Shown here: in pieces, positions 24,301 through 48,221 of the stretch | How positions within the stretch are numbered: the first letter of the stretch is position 1 | Layout of the letters: every line of letters starts with the position of its first letter | Assembly: GCA_012295275.1 (NCBI GenBank) | Contig: CM022665.1 | Span: 9,362,001-9,426,000, forward strand | DNA from: Chrysomallon squamiferum | Lineage: Eukaryota > Animalia > Mollusca | Length of the DNA stretch: 64,000 bases | Reading direction: 5' to 3' | Position numbers and translations under genes: made by a program | Notes under the pieces: model-generated | The model's database searches: none | The model's input: the letters and a program-made list of their open reading frames with translations, nothing else | Told to the model about the DNA's origin: nothing

Positions 24301-26841
24301 TGTTATTGTTTCTATGTATATTCAGAAATATTTTGTTACTATCCATAAAGATAAATTTTGAAAGATAAATTTTGTTTAATTTGTTTAATACAGTTATATT
24401 TCTTAAGAATAAAAATATTCATTTCTATAAGAAAATAGTATGAGAGAATTTTATTTAACACAACGATAATTTCATATTAAAAGATTGATTAATAATGACT
24501 ATTACTCAGTCACTTCTGTTTTTATTGTAGAATATTTTTATTGGATGATGGAAATGTAAGCATAATAAATAAAAACAATCCATCCATGTCATTTAAAATT
24601 ATTTCTGTTCTATTTTTCTTTGCTGTTGCAGTTTGTTTATTAGAATATTTTAATCTTCAATGGTTTCTTTTTCTGAATCTCTTTGAACTCGAAGCACAAC
24701 ATCTTTGCAGGATGCTTGCACATTTATAGATGTTTATTCTTATTATATACCTATTTCAGATCCAAAATTGACAAACAAAATAAGTAAGATGTGCTCTTTA
24801 TTAGAAATAGAAGCTTTTGAGAATGTTAAGCATTAGCAGTACTTGGAAAATGGAGATATACTTACAAATTAGTTGTTTCTGGGATTTGTTTTTTGATTTT
24901 TTTCTCGCTTTTTAGTAATTACAACCAGGGGGTTACATCCAGTGCATAACCCCTAACATTTTTTTCCATAATTATACTCATTTGATATTGAACATTAAAC
25001 CCATGACAATTATGGCATCCCTATTATGTGACATTCTGCATCCATCTCATAAAATGATGGAAACAGAATGGTTGTAGTTCTAATAATCATACTTTTAGAT
25101 GCTATTTTGGAAAATTAAACTAAATAAATATAAACTATATTAATTTCCTCATCAATTTTTAGACCAGCTAGAATGATTCCATTGGAGAAGGTAACAACAG
25201 ATATTTTTGTGTTTAGAATAAGCAGTTGAAGCAAATGTTCGTAAGTCACTTGAATTCCATGTTACTGTATCTTCACATTATTTGTCTGACAGTTGGAAAA
25301 GGTTTATGGGGCTTTGTAATAAGTAAGGCACTATGACAACATCAGGATTGCTTATTAATAACCTATAGTTCTGAAACATTTTACTTTTATCTATTTACTC
25401 TGTTCCAGTTCTGGTAATTTATTAACCAGTTTTAAAACATTTATCTTTTCCTATATTTTTAGATACTGATTAACATTATTTTAGTTTATATTTTTAGGTA
25501 TTTTCTCCATTTAACACACGTCAAAAGTAAATGAAAATATTAATTACATAAAGTATTTTTGATATTTTAATTTCATTTTAATTTTATTTCTATTACTGTT
25601 TGTTTCACTGTGTAATGTTATATTAATAGTTACATTACAGAGGTATTCTGTTGTTGCGTTTCTCTTTATTTTATTAAAATTCACACACTGTCACAAAGTA
25701 TTGCTAAAAGGTACAGGTGTTTTAATTCATGTTAAATAATAAAGATGAAGTTTTATCTTTAAAATAATAACAACAAAATCTGGATAGATTAAAAATAGTC
25801 ATATATAACAAAGAAAGTAATATTAAGTAATCAATTATTTATATATACATAATGTATGAATTGTTCTTTTTAAGAACTTACACATGCTTAACGTACAAAT
25901 AAATATATTTTATACATTTATCTTCCTAGTAATAAATAAAAGCATGTCCTTACCTTCAGTAATTACTTTTATTAAACACTGAGTCACTTTTCTATATTTG
26001 TGGTAAGAAATCATAGTTTTGTGGCACTTTATATAACTCAAAAATTAATATAAAACGTAAAAAGAGAAATACCTAAAGCTAAAAATATTTGCTTTTAATA
26101 AAAATAACTCTTTGAAATTATATCATGTTCAACATAAATATTTATTTATAAATAAAATTTAAACAGAAATAATATGATCATATTTACATTTATCAATATT
26201 TCTTTGCTACACCGTTAAATTCTTATTTCATTTTTAAACTTAAAGCACTTATTTCTTTTTTTCCAAGTTGATTTGGTGACTTTTAATTTAATTTTTATAT
26301 TTTTTAAATGTTATTTCTATAGTTTTAAATTTTTAAATAGTTTATTTGATATTTTATTGACTATCAGTTCATCCTCCTCAATTGCTTTGACTCTTATTTA
26401 GTTTATATTAAAGCTTTTGAACCCATTTGGTTTAATTAATCTTTTTAACATTTTTATTATTTTTATAATTTTTTTTTTTTAAAACGAGAAAAATGAACCA
26501 TTAGTATTAAAATATTAATTTATTGGTTTAATTCTATGGATGCAACAAAAACACAAATTTTGTTTGGGACAGTGAATTTTTAACAGTTAGATCACAACGA
26601 AGCAGATATCTTTATCACTGTTATTGTTAATTTATTATTAATTACTTTGTACTTTATTTACAGACAAAGAATGCGTGGAATTCAAAGTAAAAGTAATATA
26701 GATTTGGAGAGCTGGTCCAAAACTCCAACTGATGCTGAAATTATTAACAAAGAATGGCAAATTCAGAAAAAAAGAATGTATTCCATTACTCCACCTTTCA
26801 ATGCTCCACCAGTGAAGACTGCAGACAAATTACTAGCATAA
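20997..26841 (+). CDS. FAM228B: FAM228 family protein, 7 coding exons, ~334 aa
   Basis: Exons 20997-21095, 21820-21957, 22280-22357, 22651-22848, 23111-23191, 23544-23776 and 26664-26841 (phases 0,0,0,0,0,2; all GT-AG). The core LALRKKELLHKRWTDKVYEPLRREII..EFVNEKGHIFLETLNPQEY..LQDPL matches the FAM228 core as recalled (RRKEMLYKRW..DPLQKKI..VNKKGNAFIEHYDPKEY). A versus B orthology cannot be resolved here. Confidence 0.8.
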
Positions 26842-29800
26842 AACAGGAAGAAATATCTGTAAAATGGTACATATAATTTATTGTTATGATCAGAAAGAAA
26901 TTGCTGTGTGTTTGTGGAAAATTTATAAATTGTGTTTGTATAAAAAGTTTTTAAAAACAATAGTAACAATTATCTAATTAAGTAACAAGAAAGATGCATT
27001 CCGAAAAACATTAAGCTGAACAAAAAGGATAGGTTTATTTGCTGTCTTAAGTTAATTGTTTGTTTAATCTGTTGTGTTGTTTTTTTTGTTGTTTTTTTTA
27101 AATAATAATAATAATAATAAAAAATTAAAAAAAAGTTTAATAAAAGAAAAACCCACAAAAAAACACCCCCACCATGACCTATGTTTCAAGAAAACAATCT
27201 GAGAATACAGAAAAAAAAAGACATTCAGTTATGAAAATGACTTAATGATTTGTGAGGAATTTGTAGTTGCACAGATAACCGTATATGAAAAGAATTGACT
27301 ATTTAATCTGTGATATATACATTTAGTATCAAACTGGCTTCCTTGCTAATAGATAGACTAATTATTGTTTTTTCAAATAAAATATCTTTTAATGTACTGT
27401 GTTGTTGTAATGCATTAAATCCCTGTTTGCCAAAATGATCAATAATTTGACAGTATGACATATGTTTGTACAGTCTCTTTTTCTTTTTAATGTTGGGATT
27501 ATAATTCTTTTAAAAAGAATTTGTTTTTTGTTTTTATTTTTTTTTAAATCTTTTTAAAAAAGATTTTTTGAATGACATTTAGCATATGGATTATTTATCA
27601 AGATTAAATATTGAGAAATTAAAGAGAAAGTACAGCATTTACTCAACTAATGTCACATTATTTTGGGTGTTTAAGTCTTAATGTAAAGCAGCTGGGAATA
27701 AATAAATAAATAAGTGACCAAGTAAAAATTGAATCAAATAAAATAACAAAACATAAAAACTGAAATACATTATATAATTTAAGAAAAAAACAAAACATCT
27801 AAATGTTAATTTTACATTGAAGGATAATTATTTTTGTATTTTAAATCTCTGATTTGTGTCCATGTTATGTCCCATGTTGGTAGAGCAGTGAATTTCATTG
27901 GCTAGTTCTGTTCAGTGAATTATTAATAATTCCAAGTAACCAAACAAAACTTTAGAGACCAGTTTACAACTGGTCATCAAATCGTTTATTTATTTAAATA
28001 TATATTTTTTTAAATGTGCTTTCTGTACAGTTTTTGTTTTCTTTTGTGTTTTTATTTTCATGAAATGTTTGTTTTTTGTTTTTTAATAAAATAAAAAAGA
28101 CATTAATTAAGATGTGTATTTTTTTGTTGTTTTTTTCCTGCATGGCTAAAATGTTATATCTTATATTCATGAAAATCTTTTGAGTGTATTTGTGCATGAA
28201 TGTTTTGAATTTACATGTCTGCAAGTGTCTGTGTAGGTGTGAGTGTGTGATGTGTATGTATGTGTGTGTATTAAAACTCTTGGACCGATATTGCTTCTGG
28301 TTTTACAGCAGTACTTTAATAATGTGTGGAAAGTATTACTCATCTAATAATGACTAAAACATATTTTTTTTCTTAATAAATATAACTTGACACTGTTGGC
28401 AGTAGCCAGTAATTATACACACACCCTAAAGAAAGAAAAATAAAATAAAATAAATAAAAGCATTCAGCCAAACAAAAGAGCACAAACAATAATAGTCTCC
28501 TAATATACCTTACTACCTACACACACACACACAAAATAAAAATAATCATCCTTAAAAAAAACCCAAAGGATTCATCCACATTATTAAATAATAAAGGAAC
28601 TGGAAATAATCTAGCTAATGTATATTATTTATGAGTAATATCTGTGTCCTAAATATGTTGTGCATTTAATTTCCAGCATTGTGAATTAGGCCAGAGCATA
28701 ATTATTATGCAGGGAGGAAATAATTGATTAATTTTCAAGTTCATTATATTTGAATAAAGCTCAGTGTAGCCTTAATGGTCATATGCTGATTTGTGACTCA
28801 TAAGCATGATATTCATCTTTTAAAACATTAATAATTGAGTTTATTGAAAGCTCTGTCTACTAAATAAATATGTCCAAATGAATAAATAAAAACACTACTT
28901 GGAAATGCTTTTAAGAAGATGAAAAACCATATTACAATCATTCTTTTGTTTGCTGTGATCAAATTTGAAATATTTACAGATGTACACATTATAAGTACAT
29001 ATATATGAATGCTGCATGTTTTAACTAAGAGTTCTTTGAAAAGAAATTGTTTTAAAACTGTATTTGGTTTGTTTATTAATGTAGCATTAACATAAAATGT
29101 ACAGTTGACTTGGTATTAATCAGTGAAATAGGTTAATTATATGAACTGATTTTTACTTTTACAGGATGTATGTAAAATTATGTCTAATTCAGATATAAAA
29201 TATAATTTTTTTTTTTTTTTTAAATATATAACATTTTACTTTTATGATTAATTTTTTTCTTTTAATTATTTATTTATTTTTTTTTTTTTTTTTTTTTTTT
29301 TGTGTTGGATTGGGGTAGGCAAAGAGTTGTATAGACAATCAATTTTTGATATAAAAAAAAAAAAAAAAAAAAAAAAACAATAAAAAAAACAATACAAATT
29401 TAAGTGTTACAGAAACCCAATAATTATTAACATGAATTTGCTAATAAATATAGCTCATAGGTTTGTCATCAGTATTTACAATTATGCTTACAAAAGCAAA
29501 ATGCATTATGCATCTATTTATGTAGTGAATGGGGAAAATTTACATTATTTTCATTTTATGTAACACTTGTTAATAATAATCAGTAGATTATGAATAGACT
29601 GATATATCAGTTAATTTCCCATGAATTTAATCCATTTAAACCTAAAAACTGTAAGTGTTAACAAGACCAGAATGTATAATATATATAGCCAGCAATTCAT
29701 TTATTAGTATTATATTTATTTTCAGCATTTCATAGATATTAGCTCATAGTTTATTACTGACCTTTGAATGTCTGCTTTCTTTTCACACGATTTTTAATGA

Positions 29801-31241
29801 CATAGCTGAAAACAAATGAGTCTTGTAACTTAATAAAAATTCAGTCCTGCTCAGCATAAGATTGTATTGTTATCCAGAAATTCTTTGTGATCAGAGTGGG
29901 GCATAAATATCAATTTAAAAATATGTACATAGGGTAGAGATGTCTGCTGAGGTTATTATAATAGTGTGAACAGCAAAAAAAAAAAAAAAAAAAAAAGAAA
30001 CAAAGAAAAAAGAAACAAAAACAAAAACAAAGTAATCATGTTAGCATAATCTAGGATTTTCTTACTTTAGGAATGATATGGCCTACACCAAGGAATATTT
30101 CTCTGGGTTAGATCATGATGGTTCTAAGATCTTCAAATTTACCTCGCCCCAATGTTACAATTATTAATTATCAGTTGTAAGACTGAAAGTATATAGTACA
30201 GATATTTAAGCCAAAAATAAACAAGATCAAATAACAAGTAATTCTTGGTAACATATATGTTTTCATTTTTTTATTACCCATAGTCATGATCAACAATTTC
30301 ACATTAAAATCATACCAGCTGCTTCAAGCAGTTTAACCATTTTTATACAAACAATGTTAAATACATAAATGTTTTAAGAGCATTCAGTTAGATTGTAGAG
30401 TTTCTATTTTTCAGAACTGATTTTCTTTCTTTCATATTTATCTTGTCATTTCCTAATAATATATTAGTACTCTGCAGAATATCTGAAAGTCTGATGTTAA
30501 TGATTCAAGCCATTTTTATTGTGTCATTATAAAATAGTCTTTTTGTTGTGAATTAATATTTATAAACTAACTGTATTTAACTCTTTATGGACTTCATGAA
30601 CTTAAAATATCAATAATAATTTTTGTTATTGGCCACTGAAGTTATAAAATGTATTTTCAACTTTCTAGAATGTAAAACATATGACCATTTCATGTTGTTG
30701 ACAGCTGATCCAATAGTACTATTCAATTTTACCTAATAAAAATAATAAATTTAGTGACTTTTAAAATATACCTTTGAATTTTACACAGAATATAATTTAT
30801 GTTATGTTTGCCTGTATTGTATGTACTGTGTCATCACACTGTTGCAGAAGTTTTTAATAATGAATGTTAAAATGATATCAAATCATACATCACATTATGA
30901 CAAAATTTTATGTTATTAAATGTCTCAGTCACAGGTGGGTAACAGTGTCTGTATCCCTAAAAGAGCCTGCAGAAAACAGAATTTTATTTTGACAGAATAG
31001 ATAAACACTGTCAGCTTTGTTTAGCCATGATTTCACAAGACATTAAACTAAATATAATATTCATTATGTTTCTGCAGCAAATATGAAAATACCTCACAAA
31101 AGGGACTTTAATATTTGTATTGAAGAAGAAAAACACGATTCTTATTCCAGAAAAATAACCATGTTAACAATTTATATTCACTGAATATAAACACACATTT
31201 CTTTTTTCTTATATGAACAGAAAAAAACACAAATTTCATTA

Positions 31242-40549
<9,308 letters not shown>

Positions 40550-42390
40550 TCATTTTGTATCATTTGTCTGCTTCGAAACGATCTCCATAGTTATTTGTTC
40601 CCAACACATAACTCTTTGTTCGTGATGATTTCTGTTTTGATAAATACATATACATACATTCAAATAACTTAACCCAAACAAGAAAGTGCTATCCAATTTA
40701 TACCAGTCTGTTTTCGTCTTGAATGCCTGAAACGTATAACGCTGACCTATTTTCGCACATCACGAAAAATCTGTATCAGGATTCCAGACATTCTAAAAAC
40801 AAAGGAACACTGTGTGCTTGGTGCTTCCTCTTTAAACTGTAAATCAATCGGTCTTGTCTGCAAGTGACTGGCGTATTGCAGACACCAGATGTGCACCAAG
40901 CATACATGTATACGTTCACATGCGATAGCAGACGATGCGCCAGAAGCAGAAACGTAGTAACAGACGATATTTTTCTGTGCACATAGGTCGCTGAGATCTA
41001 CGTATCTTGTATAGAGGTCGCCATTCTCAGCATCCGATGACGTTGGAGTTATCGATCTATTTTTCCTCACATGTCTTCTATTTCGATAACGTTCGCCAGA
41101 CGCTCATTGGTTGTTTTGTGCAGCTACGGCATTGACGTCTGCCTGCCTCACATATTTTACTGTTTTCTGTTTACGGTAATCTACTTGAAACGCAAATGAT
41201 TGTCGTCAGCTTCATTTTCATAGGGCATACCTTATACAGTTTTAATACAATATTTTGTAAACATGCTTCAATCAGTTTGTTCTTGCGGAATTAGAAAAAA
41301 TAATAGAACAATATTTATTGTTTAAATATTTTCTCCTAGTACGTCTATTGACTAAAGTGCACATACATGCATGCGCGTACACATACACACACACACGCAC
41401 ACACACACATTATTTGAGAAATAATAATACGCTCATCTTTCCAGTACATTGTTCTGAAGCAAATAATATTAGAAATACAGTTAATACATAAATATGTTTA
41501 AAGAAAAACAACTTTAATTTATTAAAACACATACAGACCAACATATAGACATATATATATATAGACAGATAGATAGATAGATAATAACGATACAAAATAA
41601 TAGTAATAAATAAAAAAAAAAAATAAAAAAAAATAAAAAAAACCTTAAAAGGAAAAATAAATAAATAAATAAATAAGGAGATGAAAAAAAATAAAATAAA
41701 CAAAGGAACGAAATATACATAAAAACTAGATCTTAAGGGCCATCTCTTGAAATACCACGGCTTCCCGATATAATCATGTAAGAGTAATGATTTCACTATC
41801 GCGTCGAAAGGTAGCAATATGCAAATCGACATCAAAAATTGAACGTCGTCATAGAAGCAATCGCTGTATATACGGACGTCATTCCCTGTCGTTATGGCAA
41901 CGAGACGTGTATTGTGTTTATGCTGATACAATTTTTCTACGCTTTAAACAAGAAGGTAAAAAGAAAAATTAAAGAAAAAAAAAATATTTCTAAAAATACG
42001 AAACGTGCATTATATAAATAACGGACTTTGCCTTATTTCCAAATAAAGTAATAACTCCAGACAGGCATTAGAAGTGTATTTGATACCAAGTATATTGATT
42101 TATTTATGTATTAATTTCATCATCATCATCATCATCATTATTATTATTATAATTATTATTATTATTATTATCATCGTCATTATCATCATCATCATTTTTA
42201 TTATCTTTAACATCTGCCTATATCACGTACTTTATTGTTTTTTTTGTTTACAGTAATCTACTTTTACAATAGAATATGTTGGAAACATTGTTCAGTGAGT
42301 TAGTTCATACTGAAATACTACTATTAGTTTTTGTTAAGCACTTTTTTTTTAAAGTTGTTGTTATTATTATCTAACTAAAATATTTATTTA

Positions 42391-42455
<65 letters not shown>

Positions 42456-42989
42456 GCTTAAAAACATTTTCAAGGATTCATAAGGATCGAGTATAAATAG
42501 TCAAAGTAAATTTGATGGAAATTAGCATTTGTGTTTTTAAATTGATAACCTTTCAGAAAAGATGACCAAAATATGGTTGAAATTAAATGCATGTATTTGA
42601 TTGTTAAATTTCAACAAGACACTGAAATGAACAAAAATTATTACCCAGGGGCTTTCCCTATGACATGTATCTCAATCTTTGCATCCAAGGTCTGTCTCAG
42701 TTTTTCCTTGAACCTTCATATACCTTCAGGCAGAGCATGTCCTTAGTATGCTAAACTGAATTAGCTAATTGCATAAGATCACGTAAATGAGGTTTTCGAG
42801 GTATTTAGGGACTATAGTACTCATGGATCTTCACTCTTCAGCAGTGAAAAAGTACCTCACTTTCTACAGTTTACCGAAGTGGGTTAGGGTACATGTTTTA
42901 CGGAATGTCGTGTATTGATTATGTACTTGTAGCAATGAAATTCAAGAACGATAATCAGCGGATATCTATATACATAACATATATACATA

Positions 42990-43308
42990 CACTCGACCCT
43001 CCATTTAACTGGCACCTTTTGTCGGATTTCGGAAAATCCGGACAACATCTTCGAAATATACAAATATTCTCGAACCTCTACCGACTCGGAATAAATTATT
43101 TTTATTCCTACTATACGTACACTGCAAAATAAGCTCAATCTATTGTTCGACTGGGTATATAAAAACTGAATATAAAGTAAATTTAATTCTGTACATTATT
43201 CTACATTGTTAATATATGTGCTGTTTCTAACAGCCTTCGGAAAATCCGGATTTTAATTTTCCGGACAATTTTTTTCCCTTTTAGACCGTTAAACGGAGGT
43301 CGACTCTG
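42990..43308. mobile_element. Non-autonomous DNA transposon (MITE), Tc1/mariner-pogo-like ends
   Basis: The left end TA-CACTCGACCCTCCATTTAAC and the right end GTTAAACGGAGGTCGACTCTG are imperfect inverted repeats. The subterminal motif TTCGGAAAATCCGGA occurs near both ends (about 43028 and 43236). About 320 bp, no coding capacity. Confidence 0.6.
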
Positions 43309-44954
43309 TGGTACTGTAGATAATAATGATAGCTTTGAGATATAAATAAAGGAAAATCCATATAAACCAGAATATCCTTTTATCTATCTATCTATCTGTC
43401 TATCTATTTTTTTTTTTTTTTCAATTAACCTATAAACGAATATTAATTTTGATAACTGTTACAATTTCTTCTTCACATTGCTTCTAGTAAATACCAAATT
43501 TTATAATTAAAATCACTAAAGATTATAATAAATAAAGCATACTAAAAGATAATATGATTGCAAAATGCATAATTTAAAAAATAAAAAATAAAAACTATTC
43601 CAATTTCCATTTGTGGATTTTCATATGTACATTTATTTGAACACTTTCATGCACAGTAACATAAATATTTTTTATTGAATGTTGATATCATTACCATGCG
43701 AAGTCGACTGTTTATATAAAAGGATGAATACAACAATAAATGCACAAAATATTTTCATTATAAGAGAAACAACGCATTCTTGATACTGTTATTATTGTTG
43801 ATGTTTTTTGTCGCATATTTATTTACTTATTAAAAAAAGAAAAAAGAAAGATGAATAAAATAATTATGTATGCAGTCATTAACATAATCAATAACTATGG
43901 CAAAGGTGAAAGTAATATGAGGAAGATACACAACTATATATTTATTGACCTTGCTTTATGACTTGTTATCTTTATATCTAAACGTATATTCTTCATAATC
44001 TGTTATTAATATTTGTGTACGAAATATACATTTAAAATAAACATTAGTTATAACTATATTAACTATAAAACTATATGTATGTATGTATGTATGTATGTGT
44101 GTGTGTATGTATATGTGTGTGCGTGCAGTTTACATGAAAACAGCTTCTAGTTTATTTATCAAAAACCAAAAGTAATTATTTATAATATATTTATGAGTTA
44201 TAGCCAGCATTTTGTACGTACACTCATCTTTTCTTTATTAACAGATAGATTTCTGTTTCTGTATTATCCGATTTATACTTTCCATTAATTATAACTAAAT
44301 ATATCAATGTACAAAACATCCTTGTGTTTTGACACGAAAACAAATGCAAGTAAATGACGTCAACACATTTTAAAACTATATCTTGGTCGCATCACTTTTT
44401 ATTATTACTTCGAAAGAAAAAACCAAAAAAAAAAAAAACCCATCAAATCCTTCTTTAAAAATAAACGAAATTATATTTCCTGAAGCTTTTAACTGCTTGT
44501 GGCGCGGCCAAACGGCGAGCAGACAATCCTACGTCGTTGTACAGTTCCATACAGTGCACGATGTCGCTCACCGTTATTCAAATTCGTCAGTAAAGCTTTT
44601 CAGAAGATTCCAACTTACAAAAAGATTTTAAAAATAAAAATAAAATCTTTTCTCTCCTAAACAGGTTTTTCTTTTCTTTTTCTTTTAAAAAAAAAAAATA
44701 AATACCAAAAAGATGACAAATAAGTTATTATTTATTTCGTATCCGCGTTTCCTTTAAAAATCAACCTCATTTTTTAAAAGTAATCAGGAAAGACAACTAC
44801 TACAAAGTTAGTTATACTTAGTATTATCGCCCTTCAGCGAGTTTGTTACCTTCTTGAAAATTTGCTTTTTAACGAGTAATTATTATAATAGTAAATGGTT
44901 AATTAGAAAAATATTAATAATCCACATCCACATCCACGTATGGCACCCAATCGT

Positions 44955-45002
44955 GCGCACTCTGAAGGCGGACGTTTTTACCGTTCGGCCATCCAGACAC
45001 CG
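44955..45002 (-). mobile_element. Possible truncated tRNA-derived SINE head
   Basis: The minus strand reads GGTGTCTGGATGGCCGAACGGTAAAAACGTCCGCCTTCAGAG, with a Pol III A-box-like TGGCCGAACGG and a D-arm-like layout. No B box or T arm follows. Confidence 0.3.
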
Positions 45003-45169
45003 TTAAAAAAAAAGCTACTCATTAACCGAGGTTAATTATCACTTCCCACGAAGCACGCCGTTCTTTGTCTTTCATCATTTCTGCGTACATCTGTTTTTTG
45101 AGGGAAAACTGGCATTGGCAAGTATGTATTTTTTAAGGATTTTTATTATTCTCTGTCACTTATACGTCT

Positions 45170-45282
45170 ATATGTATGTATGTGTATATGTATATGTATG
45201 TATGTATTTATATGTGTGTAGAGCAGTCGCCCGGTCGATGTATGCAAGTGTTTGTATATATTTATGTGTGTGTTTATGTATT

Positions 45283-45322
<40 letters not shown>

Positions 45323-45405
45323 TGTATGTATGTATGCATGTATGCATGTATGTATGTATGTATGTATGTATGTATATATATATGTATGTATGTATGTATG
45401 TATAT
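45170..45405. repeat. Compound (GT)n/(TATG)n microsatellite
   Basis: Read directly; explains the overlapping low-complexity ORFs here. Confidence 0.9.
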
Positions 45406-45992
45406 ACACTCATAAATACATAAACACATATTTCGCATTTTCTCTAACATGATTGGGGCTTTGAAGGTTGAAGTGTTAGAGAGCCTTTGCAACCAGAAAC
45501 GAGGGTAACTGTGTCGAAGAACTTTCAACTCTGTTTTCTTTCGCACTGTGTTGTTCCTTTTCAGTCAGTTGTGCTTTACCTCTTCAATGTATTTTTATTA
45601 TTATTTATTTATTTATTTATTTATTTGCAAAACAATATCAAGAAAAAGAACAAGAAGTTAGTACACATCCCGACACTCAACCAGTTCAGTAAGATCTTAA
45701 ACTGTGATGCTACCTGGAATATTACCAGGACATTGAGTTACAATGCAGTAGCTGTTCACTCCTGAGCTTCTGTTTTCTGTGTAGTAACGGTCCGATAATG
45801 ACACTATTTATTAAAGTCGCTTCTGGAGCCCCTGCAGGATTAGTTGCTTTGAAACTTCAGTTTGGTTAGTTTAAAAGTAGTCCGCTTTTGCATTGATTTA
45901 TTTTTTTTTTTTTTTTTAATCTTCATCAGCTACCTTTGTCTTCGTTTTGATAATCTTCATCGTTTTATCATCGTCGTAGTTGTATCATAATT

Positions 45993-46023
<31 letters not shown>

Positions 46024-46669
46024 TAAATATTATTTATTTATTTATTTTTTTTTTTTTTTTAAAATTAATAACTGTATCAAGGACTGGGACAAAGCAGGTG
46101 TAGAGAATTAGCTGGATCAGGATATAACCCAGTGAAAAACTCAAAAACAGTGTACGACATTTACTTTATTATTGCAACATTTAAATGCAGGAAATATGAT
46201 TGTATACAGTTAACCCAAAGGCACATTTTGGCATTTTAAAATTACGAAATTTTATTTATATATTTATTTTTATTTATTATTATTTTTAAAAAGAAGAAGA
46301 AGAAGAAGAATAGAAAAAAAAGAAAAAAATCATTATGCTACAAATATATCTGTTATTAAATATCCGTGATCTTAGTTGGAAATAAAATGAAACATGAGTT
46401 ATAATATGACATAAAAAAAACCTTTATTATAACTTTAATGTCTATTAAAACACGTAAAAAAAACAAAAGAATAAAATAAGAACAAGCAAAACAAATCATT
46501 TAAAAAAAAAAAAAATACTTATTTTTTAAAATTCCTTTCAACGTATTAAAAACAACCATAGCAGGCTGAGTCCCTAGTCACGAAAAATTAAAAAAACGTA
46601 AAAAAAACAAACAAAACAACTATCTTAACTTTTATAATTTTTAATTATTATTTTCATTTATAATTTGAG

Positions 46670-46801
46670 AATTTTACTTGTCCTGCTATTGCTCCTGCAA
46701 TGATTTTGTATTTCATAAATGATTTTCCTGAGATAAGTGTTTAAAATAGAACCAGTGTTCCGAGTAACAGTATCTATTCGTATAAAGTAGAGCTGAATTT
46801 A
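46670..46801. repeat. Local ~130-bp direct duplication, copy 1 (copy 2 at ~49336-49475)
   Basis: Both copies share ATTGCTCCT.CAAT.ATTTTGTATTTCATAAATGATTTTCCTGAGATAAGTG..AAAAT.GAACCAGT.TT.CGAGTAACA.TA.CTATT.GTATAAAG. Confidence 0.85.
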
Positions 46802-47595
46802 TTATAATGGTTAAAATTATACTTACATTAAGTCATAACTTATGTTATGCAATAGAAACAAAATTACCCTAAACAGGTTACCAGAATATCAACAATGTCT
46901 TCAGAGACTGTGGAGCTGATATGATGATTTTAATTGGCCGACAGTTTAATTTGGTTTTATAATTTAATGTAATTTTGTTTCACACCAAACATATCAGAAA
47001 TCATTCATTAAATAGAACTGATAAACATTATTTTATTTTCCGTTCATAACATATGTAACTATGGTTGATTGCTGATGGTTGGAGACTATTAAGACTTTTC
47101 TAAATTAGCTGTTTGTAAAGCATAGTCGTGTTTGTCGGTTTTATGAAATTACATATTTACAGAGCTCGAAAAAAATTCAGTAGCCTAAATTTATTTTTGG
47201 TAGCCCAAACAAAACAAAATTCATATTTCAGCTTTTAAGTGAAGGAAAACGTGTACTTGATCATTAACTTTTTAAGTAAGATTTTTTTAAAATACACTTC
47301 ACAACCAATCAATTGAAGGAGAGAGAGAGAGAAAAAAAAATGAACACCGTGAACCAGACGACAGAAGCTAAGACAGCATTCGGGAAGGTTCGGATTTGTC
47401 TGCGTATTCGGCCGAGATGGTCCGAATGGTCACGTGTCGGCGAGACTCAATGGTTTTGTTTATCAAAGATTAGTTAAATACATGCATATCCGGTTTATAA
47501 AATTAGTGTTTATAAATTAAGGTAAACGGATGCGTCCAATTTACAAGCAAACATTTTATGTGAAATAAAAATTATTAATAGTGGGTATTTCGAAC

Positions 47596-47598
<3 letters not shown>

Positions 47599-47654
<56 letters not shown>
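47599..47654. repeat. (CA)n microsatellite
   Basis: Read directly. Confidence 0.95.
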
Positions 47655-47657
<3 letters not shown>

Positions 47658-48098
47658 GTTAAACTGTTAGAATTATTCTGTTTTCTATCCATTTTTCTAT
47701 ATTTCTTTCTCATTTGTAAATTTTTAAAATTAAATACAATACAAAACAACAACAACAACAAATAAAAAATAAACAAAATAACTATTTAATTGTTTGTTTA
47801 GTGACTGCTTCAAGGATCGAAATCACATTAAAACATGGTATTAAAATGGGAAAATACATAATCTCTTTTTCTGAAATCACATTGTGATTATATTTACCTG
47901 TATATGAAACACACTGTACTTTGTTAACATTGTTGACAAACATGTATTCTGGTTTAGTGGTAGTTCTAGCTTCGTTAGTTTATCACAATTATTGTGATAA
48001 AAAAAAGTCACAAGAACATTAACAACAGTTAAAAAAAAATAATAATAATAAAAAAGATCCTTCTTCCACATATCTACCTAAAATAATAACAACACACC

Positions 48099-48146
<48 letters not shown>

Positions 48147-48148
48147 AA

Positions 48149-48179
<31 letters not shown>

Positions 48180-48190
48180 TAAGTAAGTAA

Positions 48191-48221
<31 letters not shown>

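Noticed and set aside
41410-41931. 173-aa hydrophobic ORF upstream of SLC16
   Set aside because: Phe/Ile/Tyr-rich translation of A/T tracts, not a credible membrane protein.
44955-45002. tRNA gene
   Set aside because: Only an A-box/D-arm-like 5' part is present, with no T arm, B box or acceptor-stem partner. Kept only as a low-confidence SINE remnant.
45115-45546. Several overlapping ORFs of 66-102 aa
   Set aside because: Translations of (GT)n/(TATG)n microsatellites.
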